DNA of 64,000 nt from Alphaproteobacteria bacterium (GTDB lineage: Bacteria; Pseudomonadota; Alphaproteobacteria; JBFXJJ01): assembly GCA_050175015.1 (NCBI GenBank), contig JBFXJJ010000008.1, positions 12,415 through 76,414 on the forward strand, written 5' to 3'. The notes beneath the pieces are model-generated. The model saw only the letters and a list, made by a program, of their open reading frames with translations. It had not been told where the DNA came from and made no database searches. Below, piece by piece: positions 1 to 10,851 of this stretch (position 1 is the first letter of the stretch; each line of letters opens with the position of its first letter). Both the position numbers and the translations under genes were made by a program.

Positions 1-385
1 GGGTAACGCCGTCTTTTTCTTCGGTTCCAGCAGAGCGAGGTTTAGCAAATTGTCCTGCCATTCTGCCTACTTTAACAACAGGGCAGGAAGCCCCGAAGGT
101 AAGAATAATGGACATCTGCAAAAGAACACGAAAAGTGTTTCTAATATTTCTAGCGTGGAACTCTTCAAAGCTTTCTGCGCAGTCACCGCCTTGCAATAGA
201 AAGGCCTTGCCTTTGGCAACTTCGCCTAAGGCTGTTTTTAAATTTCTAGCTTCGCCAGCAAAGACAAGAGGCGGCAAGTCAGATACAATGTTTTCGACTT
301 TTTTTAATGCTCTCTTATCAGGATATTCTGGTAATTGATAAGCCGTTTTTTTGCGCCAGCTGTCAGGATTCCATTTTTGATTCAT
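1..385 (-). CDS. Class II (plant/actinobacterial-type) 3-deoxy-7-phosphoheptulonate (DAHP) synthase, N-terminal part; the gene continues beyond the window start
   Basis: Reverse-complement translation from the ATG at 383-385 gives [23 protein letters not shown]...[37 protein letters not shown]...[25 protein letters not shown], the conserved N-terminus of type II DAHP synthases. Not in the ORF track because it runs off the edge. Confidence 0.8.
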   Translation of the reverse strand, partial: MNQKWNPDSWRKKTAYQLPEYPDKRALKKVENIVSDLPPLVFAGEARNLKTALGEVAKGKAFLLQGGDCAESFEEFHARNIRNTFRVLLQMSIILTFGASCPVVKVGRMAGQFAKPRSAGTEEKDGVT

Positions 386-399
386 TCTTGCTATAACCT

Positions 400-1179
400 T
401 TAAATATTTGTTTTAATTTCTATGCCTTCTTCTTTAAGAACCAGAAGTAATTCCGATAAAAACTCACGTTCATTATCGTGAATAACACCATCTGACAATA
501 TTAGCTTAATAAAGGTTTCAACAAAATCCGTCAATACCTGCTCGCTTTTATTTAAAAGATCGTCTAAAGCATCATAGAAGCTGTCTTCATCTGGGTAAAT
601 ACGGTTAATGTAATCACTAATTTCGTCTGGATTAAGCTCAACACTTTCTCCACGTTTGATAACATAATCAGTAATAACCTTCTTTTCGATAGGAGAAAAT
701 TCGTTGTCTGTTTGAGCAAGAAAAACTAAGCACGTTAACTCATCAGTTAGATTTCTTATAACCTCTGCGGTTGGAGAGTTGGTGTTTGTGTAAGATGCTG
801 TTTTGGGCGAGTTGTCGTCCTCGCTAGTTTTTATCTGGCTAAAAATAAAAGCTTCTGGGTTAGAGAAGGCACGTTTGTTTTTCAAATCAACAATTTTTTG
901 GATTCTAGATAATAAAAAGATGCGGGGAGCTTGTGTTTCATGGCAGAAAGCATCAATTAGAACTTCATCATTCTGCTGCCAGAGCCTTCTTATGGTAATG
1001 CGCTTTTTTTCAAGTTCGTTATATTCATTTAGATAAAAAACGCCGACGAGTAAAGAGATGCCTCTAGCAAGAGGTTTGGCTTTACTTAACTTAAAGTCGT
1101 TATTCTTGACCTCAGATTCATTGTTTGGTTCTTGCAGCTGCTTTTCGTTTTCAAATTTAGGCAGTGGAGGCGGCATCAT
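400..1179 (-). CDS. Hypothetical protein with TerB-like C-terminal domain
   Basis: 259-aa ORF. The C-terminal segment [18 protein letters not shown] resembles TerB/DjlA-type tellurite-resistance-like domains. Weak. Confidence 0.35.
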   Translation of the reverse strand: MMPPPLPKFENEKQLQEPNNESEVKNNDFKLSKAKPLARGISLLVGVFYLNEYNELEKKRITIRRLWQQNDEVLIDAFCHETQAPRIFLLSRIQKIVDLKNKRAFSNPEAFIFSQIKTSEDDNSPKTASYTNTNSPTAEVIRNLTDELTCLVFLAQTDNEFSPIEKKVITDYVIKRGESVELNPDEISDYINRIYPDEDSFYDALDDLLNKSEQVLTDFVETFIKLILSDGVIHDNEREFLSELLLVLKEEGIEIKTNI

Positions 1180-1417
1180 ATTTTGATTAAAAGCAGGCGT
1201 TCCTGCTTTTGAACGGCTGGTTGGCGTTTCATAATCATTATGAAAATCAGGAAGTTTGGGCGGAGTTAGATTTTATTGATGTTTTTTAAAGTTTCTAAAA
1301 AAAGAAAAAAGTTTGTTTTTTGAATGCATTGCACTAAACTCGCTTGCTTATGAAAAAATATGTTTTATTATCTATATAAAACTTATAAGTCCGATATGAA
1401 ACCTAAAATAATTAAAA

Positions 1418-3085
1418 ATGCAAAAAAATATCAAAATAGCTATAGCTCAAAAGAACTTTCATCTAGGCAATATTAAGAAAAATCTTGCACAGATAAAAGA
1501 TACAAGAAAAATTGCGGTTGAAAAAGGAGCCGATTTAATTGTGTTTCCAGAGCTGGCTTTGTGCGGCTATCCTCCTGAAGATTTAGTCAAAAGACAGTCT
1601 TTTTTAAAACTTATTAATAAAGCTGTTTTGGAACTTGCTGAAATAACTAAAGATGGTAAAACGGCAATCTTAGTAGGCGCACCTCTTCTTAAAGAAGGAA
1701 AATGTTATAATGGCGCTGTGCTGCTTGATGAAGGGCGAATTGTTTCTGAAATTATGAAATACGAGTTGCCTAATTATAGCGTTTTTGATGAAGTCAGAGT
1801 TTTTACCAAAGGCCCGCTGCAGAGAATTCCCGTGTTCCTTCGGGGGGTTCGTCTGGGCATAATGATTTGTGAAGATTTATGGTTCTCGGAAGTTTCAAAA
1901 GTTTTGAAAGAAAACGGATCTGAAATTTTAATTTCTATCAATGGTTCTCCTTTTGAGATGGATAAAATAGCCAAGCGCAAAGAAAAAGCCAAACAAAGAA
2001 TTTTAGAAACAGGGCTTCCTATGATGTATGCTAATCTTGTTGGCGGACAAGATGAGCTAGTCTTTGATGGCGCATCATTTGTTATGAATGCTGACCAAAA
2101 AATAGCGGTTCAACTTTCAGAGTTTGTAGAAGAACTTTATATAACAGATTGGAACTTTGATAATAAAACTAAAAAATGGTTTTGTGAGGAAAGTCGTAGA
2201 TCTAGTCTTTTAGATGATAATGCCAATGTTTATCAGGCAATGATGATGGGGCTTGCAGACTACGTTAATAAAAACGGGTTTAAGGGCGTTGTTATTGGTA
2301 TGTCTGGCGGGATTGACAGTGCTCTTACGGCAGCTGTTGCCGTAGATGCTTTGGGCGCTGACCGTGTTAAACTTGTTATGATGCCTTCTCCTTATACCTC
2401 TCAACAGAGCCTTGATGATGCCGCTTTTGCCAGCAAGCTTTTAGGTACTAAGATTGATACTATTGCGATAACAGATGCCATGAATGTTTTTGAAAAAATG
2501 ATGTCGCCGCTTTTTGGTGATTTACCGCACGATATAACCGAGGAAAATATTCAAGCTCGTTCACGTGGTTTGGTGCTTATGGCGATTTCTAATAAATTCG
2601 GATATATGGTGCTGTCAACAGGTAATAAATCAGAAATGAGTGTTGGTTATGCCACGCTTTATGGTGATATGTGCGGTGGCTATTCGGTTTTAAAAGACGT
2701 TTATAAAACAAAAGTTTTTGAACTGTCAAAATGGCGCAATGAAAATTATATGAGTAATTTTTTAGGTTCAAAAGGCGAAGTTGTTCCTGAAAGTATTATT
2801 GTAAGACCTCCAAGCGCTGAGCTTAGAGACAACCAATTAGATCAAGATAGTCTTCCTCCTTATGAAATTCTTGACGATGTGCTAAATATGCTTATAGAAA
2901 AAGAAATGGGAATATGGCAGATTATTAATTTAGGTTATAAAGAAGAAATGGTAAAAAATATCTGGAAATTACTTAAAAGAGCAGAATATAAAAGAAGACA
3001 GGCGCCACCTGGTGTGAAAATAACTTCTTGCTCTTTTGGTAAAGAAAGAAGATATCCAATAACAAATGCTTTTGAAGGTGATTAA
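1418..3085 (+). CDS. nadE: Glutamine-dependent NAD+ synthetase (N-terminal nitrilase/CN-hydrolase domain plus C-terminal NAD synthetase domain)
   Basis: 555 aa. Nitrilase-fold N-terminus (FPELALCGYPPEDL, ICEDLWF) and the PP-loop ATPase motif GMSGGIDSAL of NAD synthetase. Confidence 0.9.
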   Translation: MQKNIKIAIAQKNFHLGNIKKNLAQIKDTRKIAVEKGADLIVFPELALCGYPPEDLVKRQSFLKLINKAVLELAEITKDGKTAILVGAPLLKEGKCYNGAVLLDEGRIVSEIMKYELPNYSVFDEVRVFTKGPLQRIPVFLRGVRLGIMICEDLWFSEVSKVLKENGSEILISINGSPFEMDKIAKRKEKAKQRILETGLPMMYANLVGGQDELVFDGASFVMNADQKIAVQLSEFVEELYITDWNFDNKTKKWFCEESRRSSLLDDNANVYQAMMMGLADYVNKNGFKGVVIGMSGGIDSALTAAVAVDALGADRVKLVMMPSPYTSQQSLDDAAFASKLLGTKIDTIAITDAMNVFEKMMSPLFGDLPHDITEENIQARSRGLVLMAISNKFGYMVLSTGNKSEMSVGYATLYGDMCGGYSVLKDVYKTKVFELSKWRNENYMSNFLGSKGEVVPESIIVRPPSAELRDNQLDQDSLPPYEILDDVLNMLIEKEMGIWQIINLGYKEEMVKNIWKLLKRAEYKRRQAPPGVKITSCSFGKERRYPITNAFEGD

Positions 3086-4422
3086 TGAAATCGGTTTTAC
3101 GTTTTGCTCCAAGTCCAACAGGTCATTTACATATCGGAAATGTCAGGACGGCTCTTTTTAATTGGCTTTTTGCTGAAAAAACAGGCGGTGAAGTTATTCT
3201 CAGGCTTGATGATACCGATATTGCAAGATGTAAGCAAGAATACGTTGACGGCATTTATGAGGATTTAGAGTGGCTTGGAATAGGCTATTCTAAAGAAGAA
3301 AAGCAGTCAGCAAGAGCTGCTCGTTATGATGAAGTTTTACAAAAGCTTATTAAAGACAGCCGTGTCTATGTTTGTTATGAGACTCCAGAAGAATTGGAAT
3401 ATATGCGTCGTAAGCAAAGGAAAAAAGGGCTTCCTCCTATTTATGACCGTTCGGCTCTTTCTTTAACTGACAACCAGAAAAAAGCTTATGAGAAAGAAGG
3501 ACGCAAACCACATTATCGTTTTATGCTTAATCACGAAGAAATTAAGTGGACAGATTTGGTTCGTGGCGACTGCCATTACCACGGAGCACATCAAAGCGAT
3601 CCCATTATTGTGAGAGAAGACGGGACTCTTTTATATATGCTGCCATCAGTGATTGATGATGCTGATTTTGGCATAACTCACATTATTAGAGGTGAGGATC
3701 ACGTTACAAACAGTGCGGTTCAAATTCAGATGTTTGAAACTTTGGGTGCCAAAGTTCCAGAGTTTGCCCATTTGCCTTTAATTACAGGAATGGACGGCAA
3801 GCTTTCTAAAAGAACAGGCAGTCTTTCCGTTTGTGAAATGAGAGAAGATGGTGTTGAGCCAATGGCAATAAATGGTTTTCTCGCTCATCTTGGAGCAGGG
3901 CGTCCATTTAAACCTTGTTTCGATTTGAAAGAGATGGCAAAAGATTTTGATATTTCATCTTTTGGTCGTTCTCAGCCTAAATTTGATATTAAAGAATTAG
4001 AGCATATCAATGCCCAGTTAGTTCACGATATGCCTTATTCTTATGCGGTTAAAAGGCTGGAATCTTTTAATTCAAAAATGGTTTCTGAAGATTTTTGGGA
4101 AACAGTTAAACCCAACCTCAGCAATATTAAAGAGGTGTCTGACTGGTATCAAATTTGTATGAATGATATTAGCTGTAAAGTTGATGCTCAAGATGCCGAA
4201 TTTTTGAAAAATACAGTTAAATTCTTGCCAAGTGAACCTTGGAATGAAGAAACTTTCAGTATTTGGACTAAAGACGTATCAAATAATTTGGCAAGAAAGG
4301 GCAAAGAACTTTTTATGCCTATTAGACTGGCATTAACAGGGCTGGAACACGGTCCAGAGTTGAAGCATCTTTTACCGTTAATAGGCAAAGATAAAACCAT
4401 AGAAAGACTAAGCAAACAATAA
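3085..4422 (+). CDS. gltX: Glutamyl-tRNA synthetase
   Basis: Class I aaRS motifs PSPTGHLHIGN (HIGH) and KLSKR (KMSKS). Start overlaps the nadE stop (ATGA). Confidence 0.88.
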   Translation: MKSVLRFAPSPTGHLHIGNVRTALFNWLFAEKTGGEVILRLDDTDIARCKQEYVDGIYEDLEWLGIGYSKEEKQSARAARYDEVLQKLIKDSRVYVCYETPEELEYMRRKQRKKGLPPIYDRSALSLTDNQKKAYEKEGRKPHYRFMLNHEEIKWTDLVRGDCHYHGAHQSDPIIVREDGTLLYMLPSVIDDADFGITHIIRGEDHVTNSAVQIQMFETLGAKVPEFAHLPLITGMDGKLSKRTGSLSVCEMREDGVEPMAINGFLAHLGAGRPFKPCFDLKEMAKDFDISSFGRSQPKFDIKELEHINAQLVHDMPYSYAVKRLESFNSKMVSEDFWETVKPNLSNIKEVSDWYQICMNDISCKVDAQDAEFLKNTVKFLPSEPWNEETFSIWTKDVSNNLARKGKELFMPIRLALTGLEHGPELKHLLPLIGKDKTIERLSKQ

Positions 4423-4449
4423 ACAGCGCATAATAGTAGGAGAAAACTT

Positions 4450-5838
4450 GTGGCTTTAACTTTATTTAATACCTTGACCAGAACTAAAGAAGAATTTATC
4501 CCGCTTGATAAAAATAAAGTTGGCATGTATGTTTGCGGTCCTACAGTTTATGATCGGGCACATCTTGGCAATGCCCGTCCAGTTATTGTTTTTGATGTCT
4601 TGTATCGTCTTTTAAAACAGCTTTATCCTGAAGTGATTTACGTTCGTAATATTACTGATGTAGACGATAAAATTATTGAACGTTCAAAACAAAGCGGAGA
4701 ACCTATCTCATCAATCACAGAAAAAACAATTAAATTTTACCATGATGATATGGCAAAACTTAATGCTTTGCCACCAGATATTGAACCTAGAGCAACACTT
4801 CATATCCAAGAAATGATAAATTTAATTGCAATGCTGCTCAAACAAGGTCACGCATATGAAGCCGAAGGACACGTTTTGTTTGATGTTTCTTCAATGCCTA
4901 ATTATGGAGAGTTATCGGGGCGTTCTTTAGATGATATGATTGCGGGTGCTAGAGTTGAGGTTGCTCCATATAAGAAAAATGCGGCAGATTTTGTGCTTTG
5001 GAAACCGTCAACAGGAGACCAGCCAGGTTGGGATAGCCCTTTTGGTTTTGGCCGCCCAGGCTGGCATTCAGAATGTTCGGCAATGAGCAGTAAATATCTT
5101 GGCAATAGCTTTGATATTCACGGCGGAGGTTTAGATTTAATCTTCCCTCATCACGAGAACGAGATTGCGCAGTCTAAATGCTGTTTTAAAGGTGAAAGTT
5201 ATGCTAGGTATTGGGTGCATAACGGACATTTGATGGTAAACGGCGAGAAAATGTCAAAATCTCTCGGCAATTTTTTTACGGTACAAGAGGTTTTAGCAAA
5301 AGCTCACGGCGAAGCTATTAGAACCTGTATGCTTATGACCCATTATCACCAGCCGTTGAATTGGACCGATGCGGGATTAAAGCAGGCTGTTCAAACTATG
5401 AACAAATTTTATACGGCACTGCGTGCGGTTGATGAAATAAAAGCCGATGTTTGTGAGCCTGTTCCCGAAATTGTTAAAGCTTTGAGCGATGATTTGAATA
5501 CGCCTCTTGCTATTTCAGTTCTGCACGATTTAGTTTCCGCTTTGAATAAAGCAGAAACTACAGCTGAAAAAGCAGCTAAAAAAGGTGAGCTTCTAGCTTC
5601 GGCTAATCTCTTGGGTTTGCTTGCAATATCTGCGGAAGAGTGGTTTAAATGGCAGCCTGAGGGCGTAGATAACGCTATTATTTCTGATGATGAAATTGAA
5701 AAACTTATTCAAGAGAGAAAAGATGCAAGAGCATCAAAAAACTTTAAACAAGCAGATGAAATAAGAAAAAAATTAGAAGAAGCCGGAATAATTTTAGAAG
5801 ATTCGCCTAGCCAAACAACTTGGAGGCGAGTAAACTAA
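4450..5838 (+). CDS. cysS: Cysteinyl-tRNA synthetase
   Basis: GTG start with an AGGAG RBS at 4437-4441. HLGNARP (HIGH), KMSKSLGN (KMSKS) and Zn-binding Cys residues typical of CysRS. Confidence 0.9.
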   Translation: MALTLFNTLTRTKEEFIPLDKNKVGMYVCGPTVYDRAHLGNARPVIVFDVLYRLLKQLYPEVIYVRNITDVDDKIIERSKQSGEPISSITEKTIKFYHDDMAKLNALPPDIEPRATLHIQEMINLIAMLLKQGHAYEAEGHVLFDVSSMPNYGELSGRSLDDMIAGARVEVAPYKKNAADFVLWKPSTGDQPGWDSPFGFGRPGWHSECSAMSSKYLGNSFDIHGGGLDLIFPHHENEIAQSKCCFKGESYARYWVHNGHLMVNGEKMSKSLGNFFTVQEVLAKAHGEAIRTCMLMTHYHQPLNWTDAGLKQAVQTMNKFYTALRAVDEIKADVCEPVPEIVKALSDDLNTPLAISVLHDLVSALNKAETTAEKAAKKGELLASANLLGLLAISAEEWFKWQPEGVDNAIISDDEIEKLIQERKDARASKNFKQADEIRKKLEEAGIILEDSPSQTTWRRVN

Positions 5839-5905
5839 AATTATCTATATTTTTTTAGTTGATTTTAAAACTTTTATACAATCGTTTGTTTGGGGTTAGC
5901 TGTGA

Positions 5906-8900
5906 ATGGCGTATTTTGGGCATAAAAATAAAATAATTATAATTAATGATGATGCCGAAATATTATCACTTTTAAAAAAAGAGCTTCCTAAAGATGCCGC
6001 AAGTGTTGCGGTATATAACAGTTTGGCAAAAGCAAAACGCAGCAAAAGTTCTAAAGAGCACAATATCATTTTTTTTAATCCATATTTGGAAAGTAAGAGC
6101 AACTCTGATTTTTTAGGCAGTCTAAAAAAAGTGTTTGTAAACTCTATTTTTGTTGCCGTTTATAATAAGGCGAAAGAAAAAGATATTGCTGAGTGGCTAG
6201 ATGAGGGCGTTGTAAGCTTTGTTGCTAAAGAAGATATCAAAAAAAATGTTCTCACAAATCTTATATATGATTTAAGTTTAAGATTTAATATCTCAGAAAA
6301 GAGAAGTCATAATTATGATATTTTTGATGGCATTCTAGCTTGTCTTCGTGATGCGGTTATGGTTGTCTTGCCGATAAAAAAGCAAAGTCAGATTGTAGAT
6401 TTTAAAATTATCATAAGCAATTTAGAAGCAGGGAAAATCTTTGCAAGAAATGCTAATGAAATTGAAGGTGAAAAGCTTTCAAAAATTATAAATTTTGAGG
6501 AAAACAAAGATTTTTTTGAAAAACTTAAAAATGTTTCATTAAACAACGACGTTCTTGATTTAGAGTTTAAAACTGTTATTGATAACAAGGAAAAGTGGCT
6601 TTATATCAAGGGGCTGAAAACAAAGACAGGGATTATTTTGGCCATAGCCGATATTTCTCTTAGAAGAAGTTTTGTTAAAACTTTACGTGAAACTAAAGAC
6701 CATTCTGAAGAAATAGATTATGTAAAAAATAAAATTTTAGCAGAAGTTGCGGAAGAATATATTTCTGATGTTGAAGAGATAGCTAGTTTATCAGAGTTGA
6801 TAAAAAACAAAGTCCACGGCGATAATATTGACAGTTATGCTAATTATATTTCAGAAATTAATCTAAAGTCGCTAGATTTATCGAAATCGCTTGGAACTGT
6901 TTCTGAAAAAATAAGGATTGCTAAAGAACTGAATTTTGAAGAAGGTTTTATGAATCATATTCCTCATATGGTTTGTTTATGCCGTTGTGATAAAATCGAA
7001 AACATCAATTCAGCAGGATTTAAAAAACTGGGTTTTAATTCTGCAGGTGAAGTTATAGGGCGCAGCTTAACAGAATTTGTAGATGATGATGCTGAGAAAA
7101 AAATCAAGTCAGGTTTAGATGTTTTGGCGTTTAAAAATAAATCAGTTTTTATGACGTTTAAGCCGAAAAATGCCAAAAAATTTGAAACTGAAGTTAGTGT
7201 TATTAGATATCATAGTGAAGATAGCTGTGAGTTAGTTATGGTTTCTGCTAGAGATATTTCTTACCGCAAACAAATAGCTCAAAATATAAAAAGACTTGAA
7301 GAGCGGTTGGCTCTTATTCTCGATAAGTCAAGCGAAGCCATCGTCGTAACTAACGCCTATGGCAAAATTGAAGTTTTTAATCAATCTGCGATTAATATTT
7401 TTGGATACTCGATTAAAGAAATTTATGGACAGCCTCTTTCTGCTTTGTTTAAAGATGGCATAACCGTTTTAAGTACAGTTTTCAGCTATGGTGGCAATAT
7501 TGCGAAAGAGGCTATTTGTTTAAAGAAAAACAAAGAAACTTTCTGGGGTGAGGTAATTTTTTCAGAGGTTACGACTGAAAGTAGTAATCACGTAATTACC
7601 TTAATAAAAGATATATCTAAAAGAAAACAAGATGAGGCTAAACTTAGGTTTTTGGCAACAAGGGACAGTCTTACAGGCCTAGTAAACAGAGAGTTTTTTA
7701 AGGAAAGTTTCAAAAATAGGTTAGATACGGTTAAGGATACTAAGAAAAAATTTGCCGCCATTTTAATTGATATTGACAGATTTAGAAATATTACAGATAC
7801 CTTAGGACAGCTTATTGGAGAAAAAGTCTTAATAAAGGCATCAGAAAGACTGCAGAAAATTGTTTCAAAAAAAGATTTGATTGCAAGGTTTTCAGGTGAC
7901 GAGTTTGTTATTCTTGTAAGCAATGTCAAAAAATTAAAAAAATTGATTGAAGACATTAGTTATGCGATGTCGAGACCTTTTGATATTGAAGGTAAAGAAG
8001 TCTTCACTTCAGCTTCAATGGGAATTCTAAACTGCCCTGACGATGCTTTAAACTTTGATCAAATGATGCGTAATTTAGAAGCATCATTAAGAGTTGCTAA
8101 GGCACGAGGAATTAACAGTTATCAGTTCTATAACATTGAAATGAGCATTAACACTGAACGACGGGCATTGATTGAAAATGAGATAAGAAGGGCTTTAGGA
8201 AAAGGCGAATTTAGTATTGTTTATCAACCTAAGGTTGATATTGCGACGGGAATGGTTAATGGTGCAGAGGCTCTTTTACGCTGGAAGAATGATAAGCTGG
8301 GAATAGTTTCTCCTGTTGAATTTATTCCTGTGGCAGAAGAAAGCGGTTTTATTATAGCAATCGGAGAATGGGTTTTTGCTGAGGTTTGCAGGCAGATAGG
8401 GATATGGCAGAACGAAGGTATTAATTTTGGTCGGATAGCGATTAATCTATCTGGACGTCAATTTATGGATTTAGAACTAATAGCAAAGATTACCAAAATT
8501 ATCAAAGATACTGGGGTTAAAGCCGAGCATATGGAAATAGAGATAACCGAAACAACGCTTGCTAAAAATCCAGAAGAAGCAATAAACATTTTGAACACAT
8601 TGAAAGATATGGGAATTCAAATTGCGATTGATGACTTTGGTATAGGCTACTCTTCTTTAGGATATTTAAAAAAATTCCCAATAGATTGTTTGAAAATAGA
8701 TAGAGAATTTGTTAAAGACCTGCCTAATGATGAAGAAGACGTTGCCATAACTTTAGGAATTATAAGTCTTGCTCAGAATTTAGGAATGAAACTTGTTGCA
8801 GAAGGGGTCGAGACCTTTGAGCAGCTTAAGTTTTTGAAAGATTACAAATGCAATGAAGCTCAAGGATATTATTTAAGTTATCCTATTGACGCTCAATCTG

Positions 8901-8938
8901 TTGCCGCATTATTGGGGCAGAAAATTATCAAAATTTAA
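5906..8938 (+). CDS. Multidomain c-di-GMP signalling protein: degenerate receiver-like N-terminus, PAS domains, GGDEF (SGDEF variant) and EAL domains
   Basis: 1010 aa. RFSGDEF diguanylate-cyclase motif. EAL-domain signatures GAEALLRW and DDFGIGYSSL. Confidence 0.85.
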   Translation: MAYFGHKNKIIIINDDAEILSLLKKELPKDAASVAVYNSLAKAKRSKSSKEHNIIFFNPYLESKSNSDFLGSLKKVFVNSIFVAVYNKAKEKDIAEWLDEGVVSFVAKEDIKKNVLTNLIYDLSLRFNISEKRSHNYDIFDGILACLRDAVMVVLPIKKQSQIVDFKIIISNLEAGKIFARNANEIEGEKLSKIINFEENKDFFEKLKNVSLNNDVLDLEFKTVIDNKEKWLYIKGLKTKTGIILAIADISLRRSFVKTLRETKDHSEEIDYVKNKILAEVAEEYISDVEEIASLSELIKNKVHGDNIDSYANYISEINLKSLDLSKSLGTVSEKIRIAKELNFEEGFMNHIPHMVCLCRCDKIENINSAGFKKLGFNSAGEVIGRSLTEFVDDDAEKKIKSGLDVLAFKNKSVFMTFKPKNAKKFETEVSVIRYHSEDSCELVMVSARDISYRKQIAQNIKRLEERLALILDKSSEAIVVTNAYGKIEVFNQSAINIFGYSIKEIYGQPLSALFKDGITVLSTVFSYGGNIAKEAICLKKNKETFWGEVIFSEVTTESSNHVITLIKDISKRKQDEAKLRFLATRDSLTGLVNREFFKESFKNRLDTVKDTKKKFAAILIDIDRFRNITDTLGQLIGEKVLIKASERLQKIVSKKDLIARFSGDEFVILVSNVKKLKKLIEDISYAMSRPFDIEGKEVFTSASMGILNCPDDALNFDQMMRNLEASLRVAKARGINSYQFYNIEMSINTERRALIENEIRRALGKGEFSIVYQPKVDIATGMVNGAEALLRWKNDKLGIVSPVEFIPVAEESGFIIAIGEWVFAEVCRQIGIWQNEGINFGRIAINLSGRQFMDLELIAKITKIIKDTGVKAEHMEIEITETTLAKNPEEAINILNTLKDMGIQIAIDDFGIGYSSLGYLKKFPIDCLKIDREFVKDLPNDEEDVAITLGIISLAQNLGMKLVAEGVETFEQLKFLKDYKCNEAQGYYLSYPIDAQSVAALLGQKIIKI

Positions 8939-9014
8939 ATTGCTTCATAATTCAGAGCTAGCGGCATTTTGTTGTGCGCAAAATAAAGAAAGTCTTTAGT
9001 TAAATTATATTACT

Positions 9015-10193
9015 TTAGCTCTCATAATCTATGAGTTTTTTTATTAACTCAAAAGCTCTATCGACATCATCTTTGGTATTATAAAGCTGCAAGCTTATTC
9101 TTATGCTTTCTTTGTTTTCTGAAGAATTGTTGCAGTGAAGCCCGTGGCGTACACAAACATTGTTTTGTGATAAGTATTCGCCAACATCGGACGCCTCAAA
9201 ATCATCAAGGGTAAAAGCTAAAATGCCGAAATGTTTTTGAATGTTATAAATTCTTGTGGGATATACGAGATTTATTCTCGGGTGAGATAAGAACTTCTCA
9301 AACATATAAGAGCTTAAATTTAAGATGCTTTGGGATATGGTTTCAATTCCAGTATCAATGATATAAGAAGCCGCTTCTCCTAAAGATATAATGCCGCCGA
9401 TATTAGGGGTGCCGCATTCTATCTTTTCATAAAAATTGGCGCCGTTTTTTTGTTCTCCACCGAAGAGAACAGGGAAAAATTCATTGTGCCTTATGGGGTT
9501 AACCCATAAAGCTCCAATGCCCGTTGTCGCAAACATTTTGTGTCCTGAAAACGATACGAAATCGGCACCAAAAGCTTGAACATCAATTTTAGTATGGCTA
9601 ACACTTTGAGCGGCATCAATATTCAAAGCACAGCCTTGAGGAAGCATAGCCTTAATTGCCGCAAGGTCATTTTCAACCCCTGCAACATTATGGATATGCG
9701 TAACATTAATTAATTTTGTTTGAGGGGTTATTTTTGATTTTATATCACTTAAGTTGATTTTGCCTGAAACATCAAGGTTATAAGGTACAATTTTGATTTT
9801 ATGAGGCAGGTTTTTAAAAGGCAGTACCATAGATTTGTGGTCTTTTTCACAAAGCATAATTTCATCGCCGCTTTTGAGGTTATGAGCCGCCCAGCACAGG
9901 GCAACAAGGTTCAGAGACATTGTTGCTCCAGAGGTAAAGACAATATCATTCGGAGAAGACGCATTGATTAATTTGGCAATATTAATGCGGGATTTCTCTA
10001 TTTCAAAATCTACTTTGCTGCTCCATTCATAGCTGCCACGTTTAGCGTTAGCACAAAAAAACTCTTTATATTGTTCTTCTTTTAAAAGGACGTTTTTGGG
10101 CTTTTGTGATGTGGCTGCGCTGTCTAGATAAATAACATCTGGATTGTTACTGAAAATTGGAAAATCGTCTTTAAAATTATTTTCTGACATCAA
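9015..10193 (-). CDS. Class V aminotransferase / cysteine desulfurase-family PLP enzyme
   Basis: 392 aa. SFSGHKMF region typical of the PLP-lysine loop of NifS/IscS/SufS-like fold-type I enzymes. Confidence 0.65.
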   Translation of the reverse strand: MMSENNFKDDFPIFSNNPDVIYLDSAATSQKPKNVLLKEEQYKEFFCANAKRGSYEWSSKVDFEIEKSRINIAKLINASSPNDIVFTSGATMSLNLVALCWAAHNLKSGDEIMLCEKDHKSMVLPFKNLPHKIKIVPYNLDVSGKINLSDIKSKITPQTKLINVTHIHNVAGVENDLAAIKAMLPQGCALNIDAAQSVSHTKIDVQAFGADFVSFSGHKMFATTGIGALWVNPIRHNEFFPVLFGGEQKNGANFYEKIECGTPNIGGIISLGEAASYIIDTGIETISQSILNLSSYMFEKFLSHPRINLVYPTRIYNIQKHFGILAFTLDDFEASDVGEYLSQNNVCVRHGLHCNNSSENKESIRISLQLYNTKDDVDRAFELIKKLIDYES

Positions 10194-10851
10194 AAATAAT
10201 TACCTCATTATAATTGGTTATATGCTCTAGTTGTCTTTTCTCTAATAAGTTAATCTCTAAACCAGCATCTTTGAAGGCTTTTTTATATGCATCTAAATCA
10301 GGGTTCAGCGTTCCCTCATTGCCGCTTTTGATAAGCTCTAAGGTTCGATCATTTTGCGTTTCATATCTGGTAGATACTCCGAGCAGACGACCATTTTGTT
10401 TTAGCATTTGAGCGCAGTTATGAAAGCTCTTTTGAAAAATATCAAAACTATTAACTGATGCAATACATTCAAAAGCCGTAATAACATCAAAGGTGCGCTC
10501 TAAGGGTTTCTGAGAAAAATCATAGTTTAAAATCTCATTGGTTTTTTCAATGATATGCGCAATGGTTTCCATGCTGTTTAACCCTAAATATTCTAAAAAT
10601 TCGCTATCGGTTTCATTAAGGTCATCGGGATCCAGATAAGAGATTTTATTTTGCAGTACCGCAATAACGTTATCATTCTTATCACTAAAATTAAGCTCAT
10701 CAACTTTAGCGGCATAAGCAAAACTAAAGCCGAAAGGATTCTCGCCTGAACCTAAATCTAAAACTTTTCCACCTTTTATGGTTTCAGCCAGCTCAAGTTT
10801 AATTCTTTTTAAAGCAGTTAATCCTGAGTTCCAGATGCATAAGTTAGCCAT
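10177..10851 (-). CDS. Class I SAM-dependent methyltransferase (probable)
   Basis: 224 aa. Glycine-rich VLDLGSGEN motif I-like segment. Overlaps both neighbours, so likely translationally coupled. Confidence 0.45.
   Translation of the reverse strand: MANLCIWNSGLTALKRIKLELAETIKGGKVLDLGSGENPFGFSFAYAAKVDELNFSDKNDNVIAVLQNKISYLDPDDLNETDSEFLEYLGLNSMETIAHIIEKTNEILNYDFSQKPLERTFDVITAFECIASVNSFDIFQKSFHNCAQMLKQNGRLLGVSTRYETQNDRTLELIKSGNEGTLNPDLDAYKKAFKDAGLEINLLEKRQLEHITNYNEVIIFDVRK

Noticed and set aside
108-338. 76-aa plus-strand ORF at the window start
   Set aside because: Lies entirely antisense to the well-supported DAHP synthase coding sequence (1-385, minus strand). No RBS. Almost certainly spurious.
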